Shown in pieces: positions 50,941 to 64,000 of a stretch of 64,000 nucleotides of DNA. Where the stretch lies: the NCBI GenBank assembly GCA_964016885.1, contig OZ024742.1, forward strand, positions 285,882,001-285,946,000, given 5' to 3'. The notes beneath the pieces are model-generated. The model was not told the DNA's origin, searched no databases, and saw only the letters and a program-made list of their open reading frames with translations. The position numbers and the translations under genes are program-made. Numbering within the stretch: the first letter of the stretch is position 1; the number at the start of each line of letters is the position of its first letter. The DNA is from Eledone cirrhosa. Its lineage: Eukaryota.

Positions 50941-53734
50941 CTAAAGGAATAAGGGTGGGGAGTTCAGGCCGGGGGGAGTGTGGGTCTGTAAGATGAAGAT
51001 GGTACGTTGTTCGACCGTAAGGCGATGGGCGGGTGTTCCGTGGCACTGGAGTAGGCCACAGACTGTCAGATGGCGTGCGGAGTGTCCAGGGCCACCAAAG
51101 TGGCGGGCGATGGGGGAACTGCCCCCGAGACGAATGTCCCGGAGGTGCTCCGTGACTCGGTCCGCCAGGCGACGTCCCGTCTGTCCGACATAAGTCGAAC
51201 TGCACTCCGTGCAACGAAGTCCGTAGACTAGGTTGGAGGAGGTGCAGCGGAAGGCATGCCGGACCGAGAGAGGGTGGCCGTTGGGACCCTGGAAGGTGGT
51301 GGTGTTGGTGATGTGGGGACAGGTGTTGCAGCGGGGCCTAGAACAGGGGAAGGAACCGGGGGGGGGAACGGAGCGTGGGTTGGGGGGTAGGGAGCTGTGG
51401 ACGAGGAGGGTGCGGAGATTGCGTGTGCGTTTGAAGGAGGGGAGTGGTGGGGTTGGGAAGATGTGGGAGGTGGAGGGGTCGGACTGGAGGGGTCGGAAGA
51501 GGCGGCGGATGGTGCGGTGGAGGGGTAAAGTGGAGGGGTGGTAGGTGATGGGGAAGGGGAGACGGTGGGTGGGTGTGCGGTGGCGTGGGGTGAGGGTGGT
51601 GGAGCGGGGGATAGCACGGGCGCGGGTGAGAGCGGTGTGGACAAGAGAGGGGGGGTAACCTCTGCGGATGAAATGGCTGACTAGGGAAAGGGCCTGGGAC
51701 TCGAAGTCAGCATCTCGGCTACAGAGGCGGCGGATCCTGAGAAGTTGGGAGTAGGGAATGGAGAGTTTAGTGTGGGTGGGGTGGGAAGAGGTGAAGTCGA
51801 GGTAAGAGTGGGAGTCGGTGGGTTTGAAGAAGGCGGAGGTGACGAGGGAGTGGTGGGAGGGGTCGAAGGCGACGGAGATGTCCAAGAAGTGGACGTGGGT
51901 GGTGGAGATAGAGGTGGTGAAGTGGAGGGAGGGGTGGAAGGAGCAGAAGAAGGAGAGAAAGGAGTCGAGCTGTACTCGGGTGAGGGTCGTGGCTCCGATA
52001 CAGTCGTCAATGTAACGACCGTACAGTTCGGGCGTGGGGCCGGTGTACTGGGCAAAGATTTGGGCCTCAACATGGCCAACAAAAAGGTTGGCATAGTTCG
52101 GGCCCATTCTTGTGCCCATGGCTACCCCCGTGACCTGTTGGTAAAACTCACCCGAGAAGGAGAAACAATTTAGGGTGAGGACCAGCTCGGCGAGGCGAAG
52201 GAGGGTGGGGGTGGAGGGAATGGGGGAGGGGCGAAGGTCGAGGTAGTGTTTGAGGGCGCGAAGGCCGTCGGCGTGGGGAATGACGGTATAGATGGACTTG
52301 ATGTCTAGGGTGAAGAGGAATGGCTGAGGGCCGGGTAGGTAGGTGAAGGAGTCGAAAAGGCGCAGGGCGTGGTTGGTGTCGGAGATGTGGGAGGGGAGGG
52401 TGGTGACAAGGGGAGCGAGGAGGGAGTCGAGATAGGCGGAGATGAGTTCGGTGGGGCAGTTGCAAGCGGAGACGATGGGGCGGCCGGGGTTGTCGGGTTT
52501 GTGGAGTTTGGGGAGGAAGTAGATGGTGGGGGTGCAGGGGGTGCGGACGATGAGGTGGGAAGCGGTGGGGGGGAGGAGGGAGGAGGCGATAAGGTCTTTG
52601 ATGGTGGAGGAGACTTGTTGTTGGTAGAGGGGGGTGGGATCGGAGGGTAGAGGGCGGTAAAAGAGGGGGTTACAGAGCTGCCTGAGGGCTTCGGCCGTGT
52701 AGAGGTCCGCGCGCCATACCACCACGGCGCCTCCCTTGTCCGCCGGTTTGATGACGATGTCATCTCGGCTACGGAGGGAGCGGAGAGCGAGGAGTTCGCC
52801 CCGTGAGATGTTGTGCCGTTTGGAACGGTGGCGGAAGTCGAAACGATTTACTGCGCTACGGCTGGCATCGACGAAGGCGTCCAGGGTGCTAAATTGCCCT
52901 GGGGCCGGCGTCCAAGAAGATGGTCGTCGGCCCAGGGCGAGAAACGGGTCTGGGGCGTCCGGAGCCGGTGGCGTTCGGCTGAAATGTGCCTGTAGCTTAG
53001 TGCGTCGCACGAATCGCTCGACTTCCGTTCGGGTGCGGAACTCGTCGCTGTGCGGAGTGTGGGGTATGAAGCGAAGGCCTCTACTAAGGAGTGAGCGCTC
53101 AGGTGCGGAGAGGGGGAGGTCAGGGGGTATGGTGACAACAAGGGGTGGGGTTTGGGTGTTTGGGGAGGGAAGGGAGGGTGTGGTGAGGGGGTGGAGATTG
53201 GGTGGGGGTGGGGTCGGGGGAGAGGTGGGGAGTGGTGGGCGTATGGGGATGGGCGGGTGGTGGTGGATGGGGGGGGAGTGAGTGTAGCTTGCGGGCTTTG
53301 GTGGAGCTGAGGAACGAGAAGAGGTTGGGGTTGAGGTTGTGGATGAAGGAGAGGATGGCTTGGGCGAGGAGGGGGTGGCAGGTGGAGTAAAGGCGGAGGA
53401 GGGTGGGGGTCAGTTGGTGGTCAAGTAGGCGGAGGGTGGAACGGGAGGCGCGGATGGAGTTGCGCATCAGAAGGCGTGAGGATCGGGTGAGGATACGTTG
53501 CGCGGAGGGGGAAGCAGCGGGGGAGGGGTGGAAGTGTAGACGGAAGCCAAGGGGGATAAGGTGGAGGCGGAGGCAGTGGCTGAGGAAATGGATGTGGCTG
53601 GAGTGCCGGGTTTTGGCGAAGAGAAGGTAGGAGAGTTGAAGGGCGGAGGGGAGATAGCAGGGTGGAAGGAGGGGGGTGAGGAAAAGTTTGAGGCGATTGT
53701 GGAGTTGGTGGAGAAAGGATGTCAGGTTGGCCAT
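50941..53734 (-). CDS. PLE reverse transcriptase plus GIY-YIG endonuclease, about 930 aa, one frameshift near 53120-53280
   Basis: IKPADKGGAVV, FLPKLHK..PGRPIVS, LDIKSIYT, GVAMGTRMGPNYANLF, RYIDD, FLDI, Cys linker CSRPRCNTC, LVY..C..C..YVGQT.R...R..EH; ATG at 53734; span 2794 nt = 931 codons + 1. Confidence 0.93.
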
Positions 53735-55554
53735 GATGGGCGTTGGGTGAAAGCAGGGGGAGGGATGAGAGGGCGGGGGTGTGAAGCGGGGTGGAGTGAA
53801 CGAAGGGGTGAGTGCGAAGGATAGGCAGAGACGGGGAAGGGAAAATAAACAGAAAAACGTATATATATATATATATGCACGTGCATATATATGCATTATG
53901 GGATGGCAGTTATCTCTGCTGCACACATCTTTCTTTTGATGTTCTATGATTTTTATCCCACAGGGTATCTCACAAATTAGTCTGATGAGGTTGTATCTTC
54001 GTCACCGACGACCCGACTATACATAAGTTATACTGGCTTACAGGATTATCATTAGTAGAACCCTGATTTTTACATCCCTAACCTGAGAGATATACACATC
54101 CCTAAATTAGGAGCCTCAGTATGTGTCATGAGAAGAAAGATTTGTACTAGGAAAGTTCCTTATTAATCTTTTTCTTACCATATTTTAATGAAAATCACTG
54201 ACTAGAATTTAATTAACTTTGAAAATAAGAAATCGGAAAGATTTAGTAATAACTAGATTTCTAGTTAAGTTCTTGTTTGAAACCATACTTAAACATTTTT
54301 TACATGGAATTATGATGGAACATTTTAGATAAATATAAATGTTTTAAAACAAATAGCTTTGATAAATTGGAGACGGTTGCTTGTTTCTGACAGGACCCAC
54401 TGGAAGAAGTGTTTCAGAACTCTGCCTCACGATTCTCTCAGAATAAATGGGTGAATAAGAACTTTGTATCGTAGGACCAGGGGTAGTTTCAGTTGGTTTG
54501 GTATCAAACAGGATAGGGTATTTACATAAAAAACAAAACAAAAAAAAAACAAATTATTTTTGCGAGACATGTAGTTTTCCATGTATGCTTGTGGCTCCTC
54601 TCTATTGTTGTCCAAAAGAAAGACATGGATCGATACAGCTTGGCACCAGTGATGTCGAAGACGAACTCACAACACAAAGGGACGAATGAGACGCCTTAAT
54701 GAATCTCAATCGACGTTTTAAGAATTCTTTTAATACAATGCCTCCACATACTCTGATACTTTATCATATTGTCATACAGACACACACGCATATATTTGTG
54801 TACGCATACACAAACTTTTATACGCATACAAAGGCAAACACACACACACACACACACAAGCATACACAGAAACATACTCATGCGCACAGCCATACACATG
54901 AGCACATACATATACAAACACGCATATGTTCACACACTCACATACATACATATTTACATACATGCGAACTTATGCATTTTCAACAATGTTACAACCCGAA
55001 ACTAATTACACATTGATATTATTATTTAGGATAGGGCGCTAGATTGGCAGTATCGGTAGAGGGTCGGAAGCCATGCTTTGCAGCATAGTGTTACGGTCCT
55101 TTCTGAGTTCAAATCCCGCTGAGGTTAGCTTTGCCTTTCATCCTTATGGCGACGATAAAATAAAGTACCAATAATACACTGGGATAATTGCTGGCCTTGT
55201 GCCAAAAGTAGAAACAATTAATATTTAGGCTAGCTATGTATGTTTATATGTACATGCGTATGTACATATAAACACACACGGAATAGCTTGCTTGTGAAAA
55301 TAACGTACAAGTGACTGAGCATTCCATAGACACGCATACCCTTAACGTAGTTCTCATGGAGTTTCAGTGTGACAGTGTGTGACAAGGCTGGTCCTTCAAA
55401 TTACAGGTACAACTTATATTTGCCAGCTGAGTGGACTGGAGCAGCGTGAAATAAAGTGTCTTGCTCAAAGACACAACACGTCGTCGGGAATCGAACTCAC
55501 AACCTTATGATTAAGAGCCGAAAAACCTTAACCACAAAACCACGTGCCTTCACA

Positions 55555-55890
55555 CATGATCGCTGTCCCCTCGTTATCGAGTATTGCCATTGCACGATAT
55601 AACATTATTAATAATTATCAATTAATGCTATCGTGCAATGCTTGTGCGTGAAGATTTTTTTTTAAGTGAGAAAAGACTGTGCACTGAGCCAACCCCACTC
55701 TCTGAGCGACAGTAGCTATAACCTGAAAAGAAGAAAAGATCAACCTCATCGGTAACTACTGAGCCGCAGGTTTTATGTCGGAGTTATCCCAGTTTCCTGA
55801 GTTGCCTTCTCCTAGAAGTATGCCCTGACAAGGGCTAGGGTTCCTTCACACCCAGTGGTTTAACTGCACGATCGGGTATCTAGCCCGATT
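55555..55890 (-). mobile_element. Diverged bipartite RTE-derived element related to 22036-23840
   Basis: Colinear ctcg.t.tcgagta..gcc 3' end, gcaatgc.tgtgc.tgaag, cccactctc, ccttctcctagaa, tgacaa.ggcta.gg. Confidence 0.65.
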
Positions 55891-56658
55891 ATTTCTATAT
55901 CCCCGCGCATATATACACATATGCTTACATACATACATACATACATATGCGTACGTGTTTGTAAATATCTGCACATGTATTTGTGGTGGATTGGCAGTAT
56001 CGGTAGAGCGTCGGACAATATGCTTTACGGCTTATAATTACGGCCCTTTACGTTCTGAGTTCAAATCCCGCCGAGGTTAGCTTTGCCTTTTATCCTTACA
56101 GGGTCGATAAAATAAAGTACCAGTAATTCACTGGGGCTGATTTAATCAACTTTCCCCTCTGGCCGTGTGCCTACATCAATAACCATTTAACTTTGCCTTT
56201 CATCCTTACGGGGTCGATAAAATAAAGTACCAGTAATACACTCATATAATTGCTGGCCTTGTGCCAAAAGTAGAAACAATTATTACTTAGGATAACTATG
56301 TATGAATATATGTACATACATATAAATAAAGTCATACATACATACACACATTCATACATCTATCCATACATACATATGCATATGCATGTGTGCGTGTTTG
56401 TAAATATATGCGCATGTATTTGTAATGTTATTAAAAATAGGAAGGCCACGCACTGAAAACAAAAATGGGACACGTATTATGACGTCAGAGAGGTTCACCT
56501 AACATTTAACATCTGTCCTCCTCTCATGTCTATAAAATGTGACGTTATATAAGCAATGGCTTTATTCCTTTATTTAATATACAAAACAATTGGCTAGCTG
56601 GTGAGCATCTGACGCAAATTAAAGTATGGCGTTACGCTGTTTTTACAATATTTTACGG

Positions 56659-57195
56659 CAGAGGTTCTCAAACTTTTTGGGCCACCGTTTCCCTTCACGG
56701 CCATATAATACCCTCTGAGACCTACCACCTCCACCTCTATTTCCAGAGAGACCTGCCTACATGCAAATTATAAATAATAAAATATAGAATCGTCAATGGA
56801 TATATAATAAATGATACAATATATATTATATATTGGCAGTATCGTTAGAGAGTCGGACGCCATGCTTTCCAGCATAGTTACGTCCCTTTACGATCTGAGT
56901 TCAAATCTCGCCAAGGTTGACTTTGCCTTTCATCCTTACGGGGTCGATAAAATAAAGTACCAGTAATGTACTGGGGTTAATTGCTGGCCTTGTGCCTAAA
57001 GTAGAAACAATTATATATAAATAAATATTATATATATTTTTTATTTTACTATATTTATATATAATGTTTCATTTGATATTTGATATACTATTATATCATC
57101 TTTACCCCCACCCCCAGCGATCCTTTGACCCCCAGGGCGCCCTGGACCTTCTCAGCGCCTCCCGGGAGCCGTAGCGGCCAATTTGAGAACCTCTA
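56659..57195. mobile_element. hAT MITE with nested SINE (56832-57012)
   Basis: TIRs cagaggttctcaaa / tttgagaacctcta; 8-bp TSD ttttacgg / ctttacgg. Confidence 0.85.
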
Positions 57196-58050
57196 CTTTA
57201 CGGCATTTTCTTCCCGCTCTTAACGTTATGAGTTCAAATCCTGTCTAGAGCGTCGGGAAATATGCTTTGCGGCATAGGGTTACGGCCCTTTATATTCCTT
57301 GTTCAAATCCCGCCGAGATTAGCGTTGCTTTTCTTCCTTACAGGGCCGATAAAATGAAGTACCACTAACGCACTGGGTTCAACTTTTCCCTTCCCCAAAA
57401 TTGCTGGCTTTGTGCCTAAATCAGTAACCATTATTGGCAGTATCGGTAGAGGCTCGGACGCCATGCTTTGCAGCAAAGAGTTACGGCCCTTTATGGTCTG
57501 AGTTCAAATCCCGCTGAGGTTAACTTTGCCTTTCATCCTTAAGGGGTCGATAAAATAAAGTACCAGTAATGCACTGGGATAGTTGCTGGCCTTGTGCCAA
57601 AGGTAGAAACAATTATTATTAATGGTTAAAGGGTAGTGGATTGGCAGTATGGGAAGAGCGTCGGATAACATGCTTTACGGCATATAGTTACGGCCCTTTG
57701 CGTTTTGAGTTCAAAGGATTTGAATGCCTAAATCAGAAACCATTATTATCGGTAGAGGGTCGGACGCCATGCTTTGACGTATAGAGTTACGGCCCTTGCC
57801 ATTCTGAGTTCAAATCCCGCTGAGGTTAACTTTGCCTTTCATCCTTACGGGGTCGATAAAATAAAGTACCAGTAATGCACTGGTTAATTGCTGGCCTTGT
57901 GCCTAACGTAGAAACAATTATTACCATAAAAGGGTAGTGGCGTCGGATATGCTTTGCAGCACATAGTTACGTCACTTTACGTTCCGAATTTAGTTTTGTC
58001 TTTCATCCTTACGAGGTCGATAAAATGAATTACCAGTAACGCACTGGGGT
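57196..58050 (+). mobile_element. Tandem SINE cluster (about 6 copies or fragments)
   Basis: Repeated matches to the dominant SINE. Confidence 0.85.
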
Positions 58051-58826
58051 CGATGATTCCTCTCGAATGAAACAGTTCTAGTCCTGTAGATGCTATTTCT
58101 ATATTAAATATTTATACTCTGCTATGTATTGAGTACCTTACTTACTGTGGTTACCCCCGATTGAACCCGGGATAAACTTATATATGTATGTGCGTGTGTG
58201 CGTGTGTGTGTGTGTGTGTGTATTCATAAAATGGGAGACATTAGTAAAATAGGCAATGCTAGACGTCCTAATGGCGCAGACATATGCACGATTTCTTCCT
58301 TTTGCTAGTATAAAATATAATATTTCTCAATCTCTAGTATGTTGCCTTCAGGTCTGTAATACAATGAAAGGAGGGGCGAGACAACGTTATATCTAAACCA
58401 GCCATTTTGTCTTTACAATAAAAGAAATCGTGAGTGTTTTTGCCCGAGTACATATATTTATACACAGACACACACACATGCATAGGCATACACACAAACA
58501 TGGTGTGTGTATGTATATATATGTGATGTATATGTGTATATATATGTATATATATATATGCGTGTGTATATATATCTATATATATATATCTATATATATA
58601 TATATATCCATAAATGGCGTGACGTTAGCAAAATAAATTCATATATATATATATATGTATGTATATGTATGTATGGATGGATGTATATACACGTGTGTGT
58701 GTTTGCTGTATACATGCACAGATGTGCACACATATGCACAAATATGCACAAATATGCACACATATGCACACATATAAACATGCACATATTTAGTTAGTAA
58801 GAAAATCAATAGATTTCGAGTGATTT

Positions 58827-58888
<62 letters not shown>

Positions 58889-59278
58889 TTGGTTCCGAGA
58901 CTGATATTGGTTCCGATGTTTCTAGACTGTTTGTAGGATATAATTAAACCTCCCACCGTAACGATGTTTTGTTTTCTTCATTCCACCAGTCAAACACTCA
59001 GACATTAACACTCACATATTCTTAGAAAATTGGTTTTCTCCTAACATTTGTAATGATTCCTTGTTTGCATTGGTTTGTTGGTTCTTTTTTTCAGTAAAAT
59101 ATCTTAAAAGAAAGCCTACACTTTAATGACCTTCACTTGCTAACGTGTATGTGCATATATATATATATATATAGATACATATGTGTGTGTGTGTGTGTAT
59201 GTGTGTGTATATATATATATATATATATTGATATAGTCTTCAGAATCTCTTCTGAAGACTCTCTATATATATATATGT

Positions 59279-59343
<65 letters not shown>

Positions 59344-59396
59344 CACACACATATATATTAATGCATGTTTTTGTGAACACACAGACAAATACATAC

Positions 59397-59626
<230 letters not shown>

Positions 59627-59904
59627 AAAGAGAGAGAGAGAGGTATCAGAGAGAGTAAGCGAGAAATGAGTGGTGCCCGATTCGGCTACTCGATTCATTC
59701 AAGCAGACGTTATTAACAGTAATGTTAAAGTGATCTAATCCAAGATGGCGCCTGTATCTCCCTGTTTCATTAGATAATATGGAGTCATGTGTATGAAGTT
59801 CTCCTATCGATTACATTGTGTGTTGTTCTACGCTTTTTTCATGTTTATGTAAATTATTATATATATATATATACGTGTATATATATGATAATTTCAGATG
59901 GACA

Positions 59905-59990
59905 TGATAAGTGGCTAATGTGGCTGAGTTGGTAGCAGCTAAGTATACTAACCTCAGGACTATAACGCTACATGGTTCGAATCTCACACT
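59905..59990 (+). mobile_element. tRNA-like SINE head or tRNA pseudogene
   Basis: A-box TGGCTGAGTTGG and B-box GGTTCGAATC without a good cloverleaf. Confidence 0.45.
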
Positions 59991-60183
59991 CTTCTCTATA
60001 TGGCCGGTGGAGTTATCTCTTACTCTTTTAATTATATATGTGCATATGCACATGTATATATATATTATATATACATATTATATATATATATTATATATAA
60101 TATATATATAATATAATATATATATTATATAATATATATATATACATATTATATATAAATATTTATTATATAATATATATATA

Positions 60184-60640
60184 TTAGAATTGGTGCTCTG
60201 AAATAGCGATATATATTTTTTTATATCGCTATTGTTTTAAAGTAGTGACAATGTCACTTCTATTACTGGAATTCTATAAGAATCCAACATTCATAATTTT
60301 CAGCAGACAAAATACACTATATATACATTCATATATATATATCGCTATTTCAGAGCACCAATTCTAATTTTCAATTTTTGCTGGACCGGCAACCGCTCTG
60401 GATAATCAGGTCCTGATTATTACTGGAATTCTATAAGAATCCAACATTCATAATTTTCAGCAGGCAGGAGGAGTGCTGAGCTTTGATAAGTAACAACAAG
60501 TAAGAAACAGAGCCCTGTCAGCTTATCTCCCCTTGTTTGCTGAAAATAGAAGTAAGTGACACTGTCACTACTTTAAAACAATAGCGTAAGGTCTTCAAAA
60601 TGTTTTTAATTAAGCATACAGTGTATTGCAAAATGCACTA
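60184..60640 (+). mobile_element. ORF-less pLTR-like element (homologue of 32280-32565) preceded by scrambled self-fragments
   Basis: Shared atcgctatttcagagcaccaat..ttgctggaccggcaa; decayed hammerhead agct-TTGATAA..GAAA-cag..ctg-TC-agct at ~60479-60524. Confidence 0.75.
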
Positions 60641-60706
60641 TATATACATTCATATATATATATATATATATTATATAATATATATATATTATAAAATATA
60701 TATATA

Positions 60707-61180
<474 letters not shown>

Positions 61181-61186
61181 ATATAT

Positions 61187-61631
61187 GTAAAAGTTCTATT
61201 TAAATTGTTAGGATACAACAAGCAAATATTTTTATAACTGATATAAAGCACTCAACAAATATTTGGAGTAAAAATACGATATTAACAAATGGAAACTATA
61301 TTTATAAAACCCTATTTATTTCATTATACATATTTCAAGGATACCAAGTAAAATTATCGTGTGCTTTCATCAGATAAAATACAATATAGATCAGTTTTAT
61401 AAATAAATATTGACATATCCTTAAAAAATGCAACCATTACTGTTGGAAGCTCCCGGGAGCTTCCAACAGTAATGGTTGCATTTTTTAAGGATATGTCAAT
61501 ATTTATTTATAAAACTGATCTATATTGTATTTTATCTGATGAAAGCACACGATAATTTAACTTGGTATCCTTGAAATATGTATAATGAAATAAATAGGGT
61601 TTTATAAATATAGTTTCCATTTGTTAATATC

Positions 61632-61634
<3 letters not shown>
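61187..61634. mobile_element. Spacerless 360-bp palindrome (61275-61634) of a pLTR with two hammerheads (61317-61381 -, 61528-61592 +)
   Basis: Centre ggaagctccc|gggagcttcc at 61454/61455; related to the 12172-12430 family; flanked by TA tracts. Confidence 0.9.
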
Positions 61635-61713
<79 letters not shown>

Positions 61714-61737
61714 ATATATATATATTATATATATATA

Positions 61738-61790
<53 letters not shown>

Positions 61791-62134
61791 AGATATCCGT
61801 AGATAAAAGTTCAAGGTAAACAATGCTCAATCTGTTGCAAGAGAGATTAGTTTAAAATAATCCCCTCCAATATAAAGTGGTGGCCATAACTGGATACCGA
61901 AACCAATGGTCACGCAAGAATGCTTAGTTGATCCATGATTCCATGATGGAGGCAAATGGTGGACTGAGGTTTGATATGATTTCCCTTTTTAGATAGTTAA
62001 TATGCAGGGGGAAGCAATTGTTGCTGGATGATATTTAATTTATTTAAGAAAAAGGATTAGGTAGGGTGTGAGGGAGGTAACTCTTGTAAATGTTTGATTG
62101 TTTGTTGCAGTTTTAGATTGGTCCGATTTTTAGA

Positions 62135-62790
62135 GCATTAAGTAGGGGTTGGAATTTGTTAATGAAATATGTTTCCTTATTGGTACGTTGGAAGAAAGTA
62201 GCGTTGTCTATGAATTTTTAAATGGGGAATATTTTAAAGTTTGGATGTTGGTTGTGAGCACAATTGGCGATATGTTCACTAAATGCAATCTTTCTGTATT
62301 CCTGTATTTTAATTTGTGATTTATGGACGGTCATACGTTGACGGAGGCGGTTTTTGTCTGTCCTATGTAGTGCTCTTGACAACCTGAGCAGGTCAAAACA
62401 TAGATTAGGTTTTCAGATGTGAAAGTTGTGTTTAACTGTGAAACGCTGTCCTTGTTTAAAATGGAATGTTGAACCTTCTATTAGATTTATGCATATGCCA
62501 CAGTTGGGCCTTCCGCATTTTGTTACTGTAGGGTTCATTGTGAGGGTTTGTTGGATTTTGGCTTGTGTGAGGCTGTTTTTTTATGGATTTAAGTTGTCTT
62601 TTGCTCTTTATGATGTTGTATGTTTGGAGGATTTTGTTCATTCTTGGGTCTCTCTTTAGTAAAGGAATGTTCTGGAGGATGGTGTCGAATGCCTCATTGT
62701 TGAGGGTGTTGTGTGTGGAGATGTATGGTAGAGTTTATTGTTGCGGTTCATTCCTGGGTTTGTTGCGGTTCATTCCTGAGTTCCTGGATG
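62135..62790 (-). pseudogene. PLE GIY-YIG C-terminal fragment with Cys linker (Neptune/Nematis-like), frameshifted
   Basis: TKCGRPNCGICINL...ENLIYVLTCSGCQEHYIGQ..RLRQRMTVH...KETYFINKFQPLLN. Confidence 0.85.
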
Positions 62791-62869
62791 TCTAGTTTTA
62801 GGGCACGTTGGAATCCATTGTTGATTAGGGATGGTGGGTAGTAATAGAGAAACATCACAACCATCATTA

Positions 62870-63275
62870 CTTCCAACATAGAACCCAAAATACACAACTA
62901 CAACACATGTCACACAGGGCCTCACAACCACACACCAGCTATAAGGAAACCCTAATCTACCCTCCCCCACTAATCACATCCTACAACAACACCAGCGGGG
63001 GACAATACAACCACACGAGACACCCTAACCACTACAACCACCATAGCTACACACCATATAACAGCAACAACAGGACTCAATATGACCATACGAGACAACT
63101 CTACTAAAACTACCACCAAGTCTACACACCCTACAACAACAGCAGTGCTCAACACAACTTTACGATACAACCCAACTTCAACAACCACCACAACTACACA
63201 CCCTATAACCACGTCTATCGTGTGGTTGTATTGAGCCCTGCTGATGTGGTTATAGGGTGTGAAGTTGTGGTGAAG
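62870..63275. repeat. C/A-rich degenerate tandem repeat with terminal fold-back
   Basis: caccacaactacacaccctataaccac mirrored by gtggttatagggtgtgaagttgtggtg. Confidence 0.65.
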
Positions 63276-63424
63276 ACACTTTATTTCACGTTTCTCTTTC
63301 TACGTGGAGTTGCACCGATAAATAGCATTAGCAATTGGAAAGACCAATGGTAACATTGTTTCCTCGGTCCGATTTGACGAAAGTCGTTCGTTCCTATATA
63401 TATATATATATTATACATACACAC

Positions 63425-63870
63425 ACACAATTAAACTTTCCTATTCGACTACTAAAAATATTGTCCAAAATATAGCTAAAATTAACAATAGAAATCTTGG
63501 AATTAAACATTGGGAAATAACTCACAATAATAATCATAGAATCACTAATGGAATTAACAACATCTCAAATAACAGTCATAATTACATTTACATAGGCGAT
63601 GGAAATCTGCCGAATTATGAACACATAGTGGGAAATTTAAATAATTGTAATTGTAAAAACCGTAATATTTGCCCACTTAATAATAACTATCTGGATCATA
63701 ACTTAGTTTTATAAATGCATAGTTAAAACGAAGGATAAGTCTTTTAGTTATATTGGTGCCACTTCTTCTAAATCTAAAGAAAGGTGATATAACCATCGCC
63801 ACTCGATTAAAAGAAAAGATAAAAGATTTACTACGGCCCTCTCTGAATTGATTTGGTCTCTTTCAACTAA
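63425..63870 (+). pseudogene. Naiad-type PLE linker and GIY-YIG fragment
   Basis: TIKLSYSTTKNI...NCNCKNRNICPLNNN...KCIVKT...SYIGAT...R*YNHRHS..TALSELIWSL. Confidence 0.82.
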
Positions 63871-64000
63871 CATAAAGAAAATTAGGAGCCAAAATATCAA
63901 ATGAAAAAACGGAGTTAAAGACTCGCATTAATCCCCTTTAATTTAATGAGCTCAAGGAATAAGTACCGAGCTCTTCATAATGCAGTATATAGAGAAGAAA

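Larger units (their letters stand above)
49469..53860 (-). mobile_element. Near full-length Penelope-like element (Neptune-type), GC-rich, flanked by (TA)n
   Basis: Long RT/GIY-YIG ORF, ~1.5-kb C/A-rich 3' UTR, hammerhead and AATAAA near the 3' end. Confidence 0.92.

Noticed and set aside
51228-53824. Overlapping Gly/Pro-rich ORFs on both strands
   Set aside because: Shadow frames of the skewed, GC-rich PLE ORF.
53980-54035. CTGATGA followed by a hairpin
   Set aside because: No GAAA or convincing stem III follows.

Overview
AT-rich, repeat-saturated animal genomic DNA, most likely an octopus/coleoid cephalopod (inferred from the dominant tRNA-derived SINE and dense microsatellites). No intact host gene is evident and most listed ORFs are microsatellite artefacts. 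The window holds two near-full-length Penelope-like retroelements (PLEs): a decayed Naiad-type at 8687-11900 (-) and a GC-rich Neptune-type at 49469-53860 (-) whose ~930-codon ORF is broken by one frameshift. It also holds three GIY-YIG fragments, a Chapaev3-type DNA transposon with TIRs and TTA TSDs (41929-43893), RTE, Tx1-like, R4/Dong-like and CRE-like LINE remnants, hAT and mariner relics, and dozens of SINEs. The most striking unannotated structure is a set of about 14 type-I hammerhead ribozyme motifs, folded by eye, from several PLE pseudo-LTR (pLTR) families. Most sit in short insertions inside (TA)n tracts, and many have a recurrent head-to-head fold-back architecture. One family has a variant core (CAGAAGA), and a shared TTGAGYRCY motif lies downstream of the ribozymes. 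Coordinates were read by eye and may be off by a few bases.
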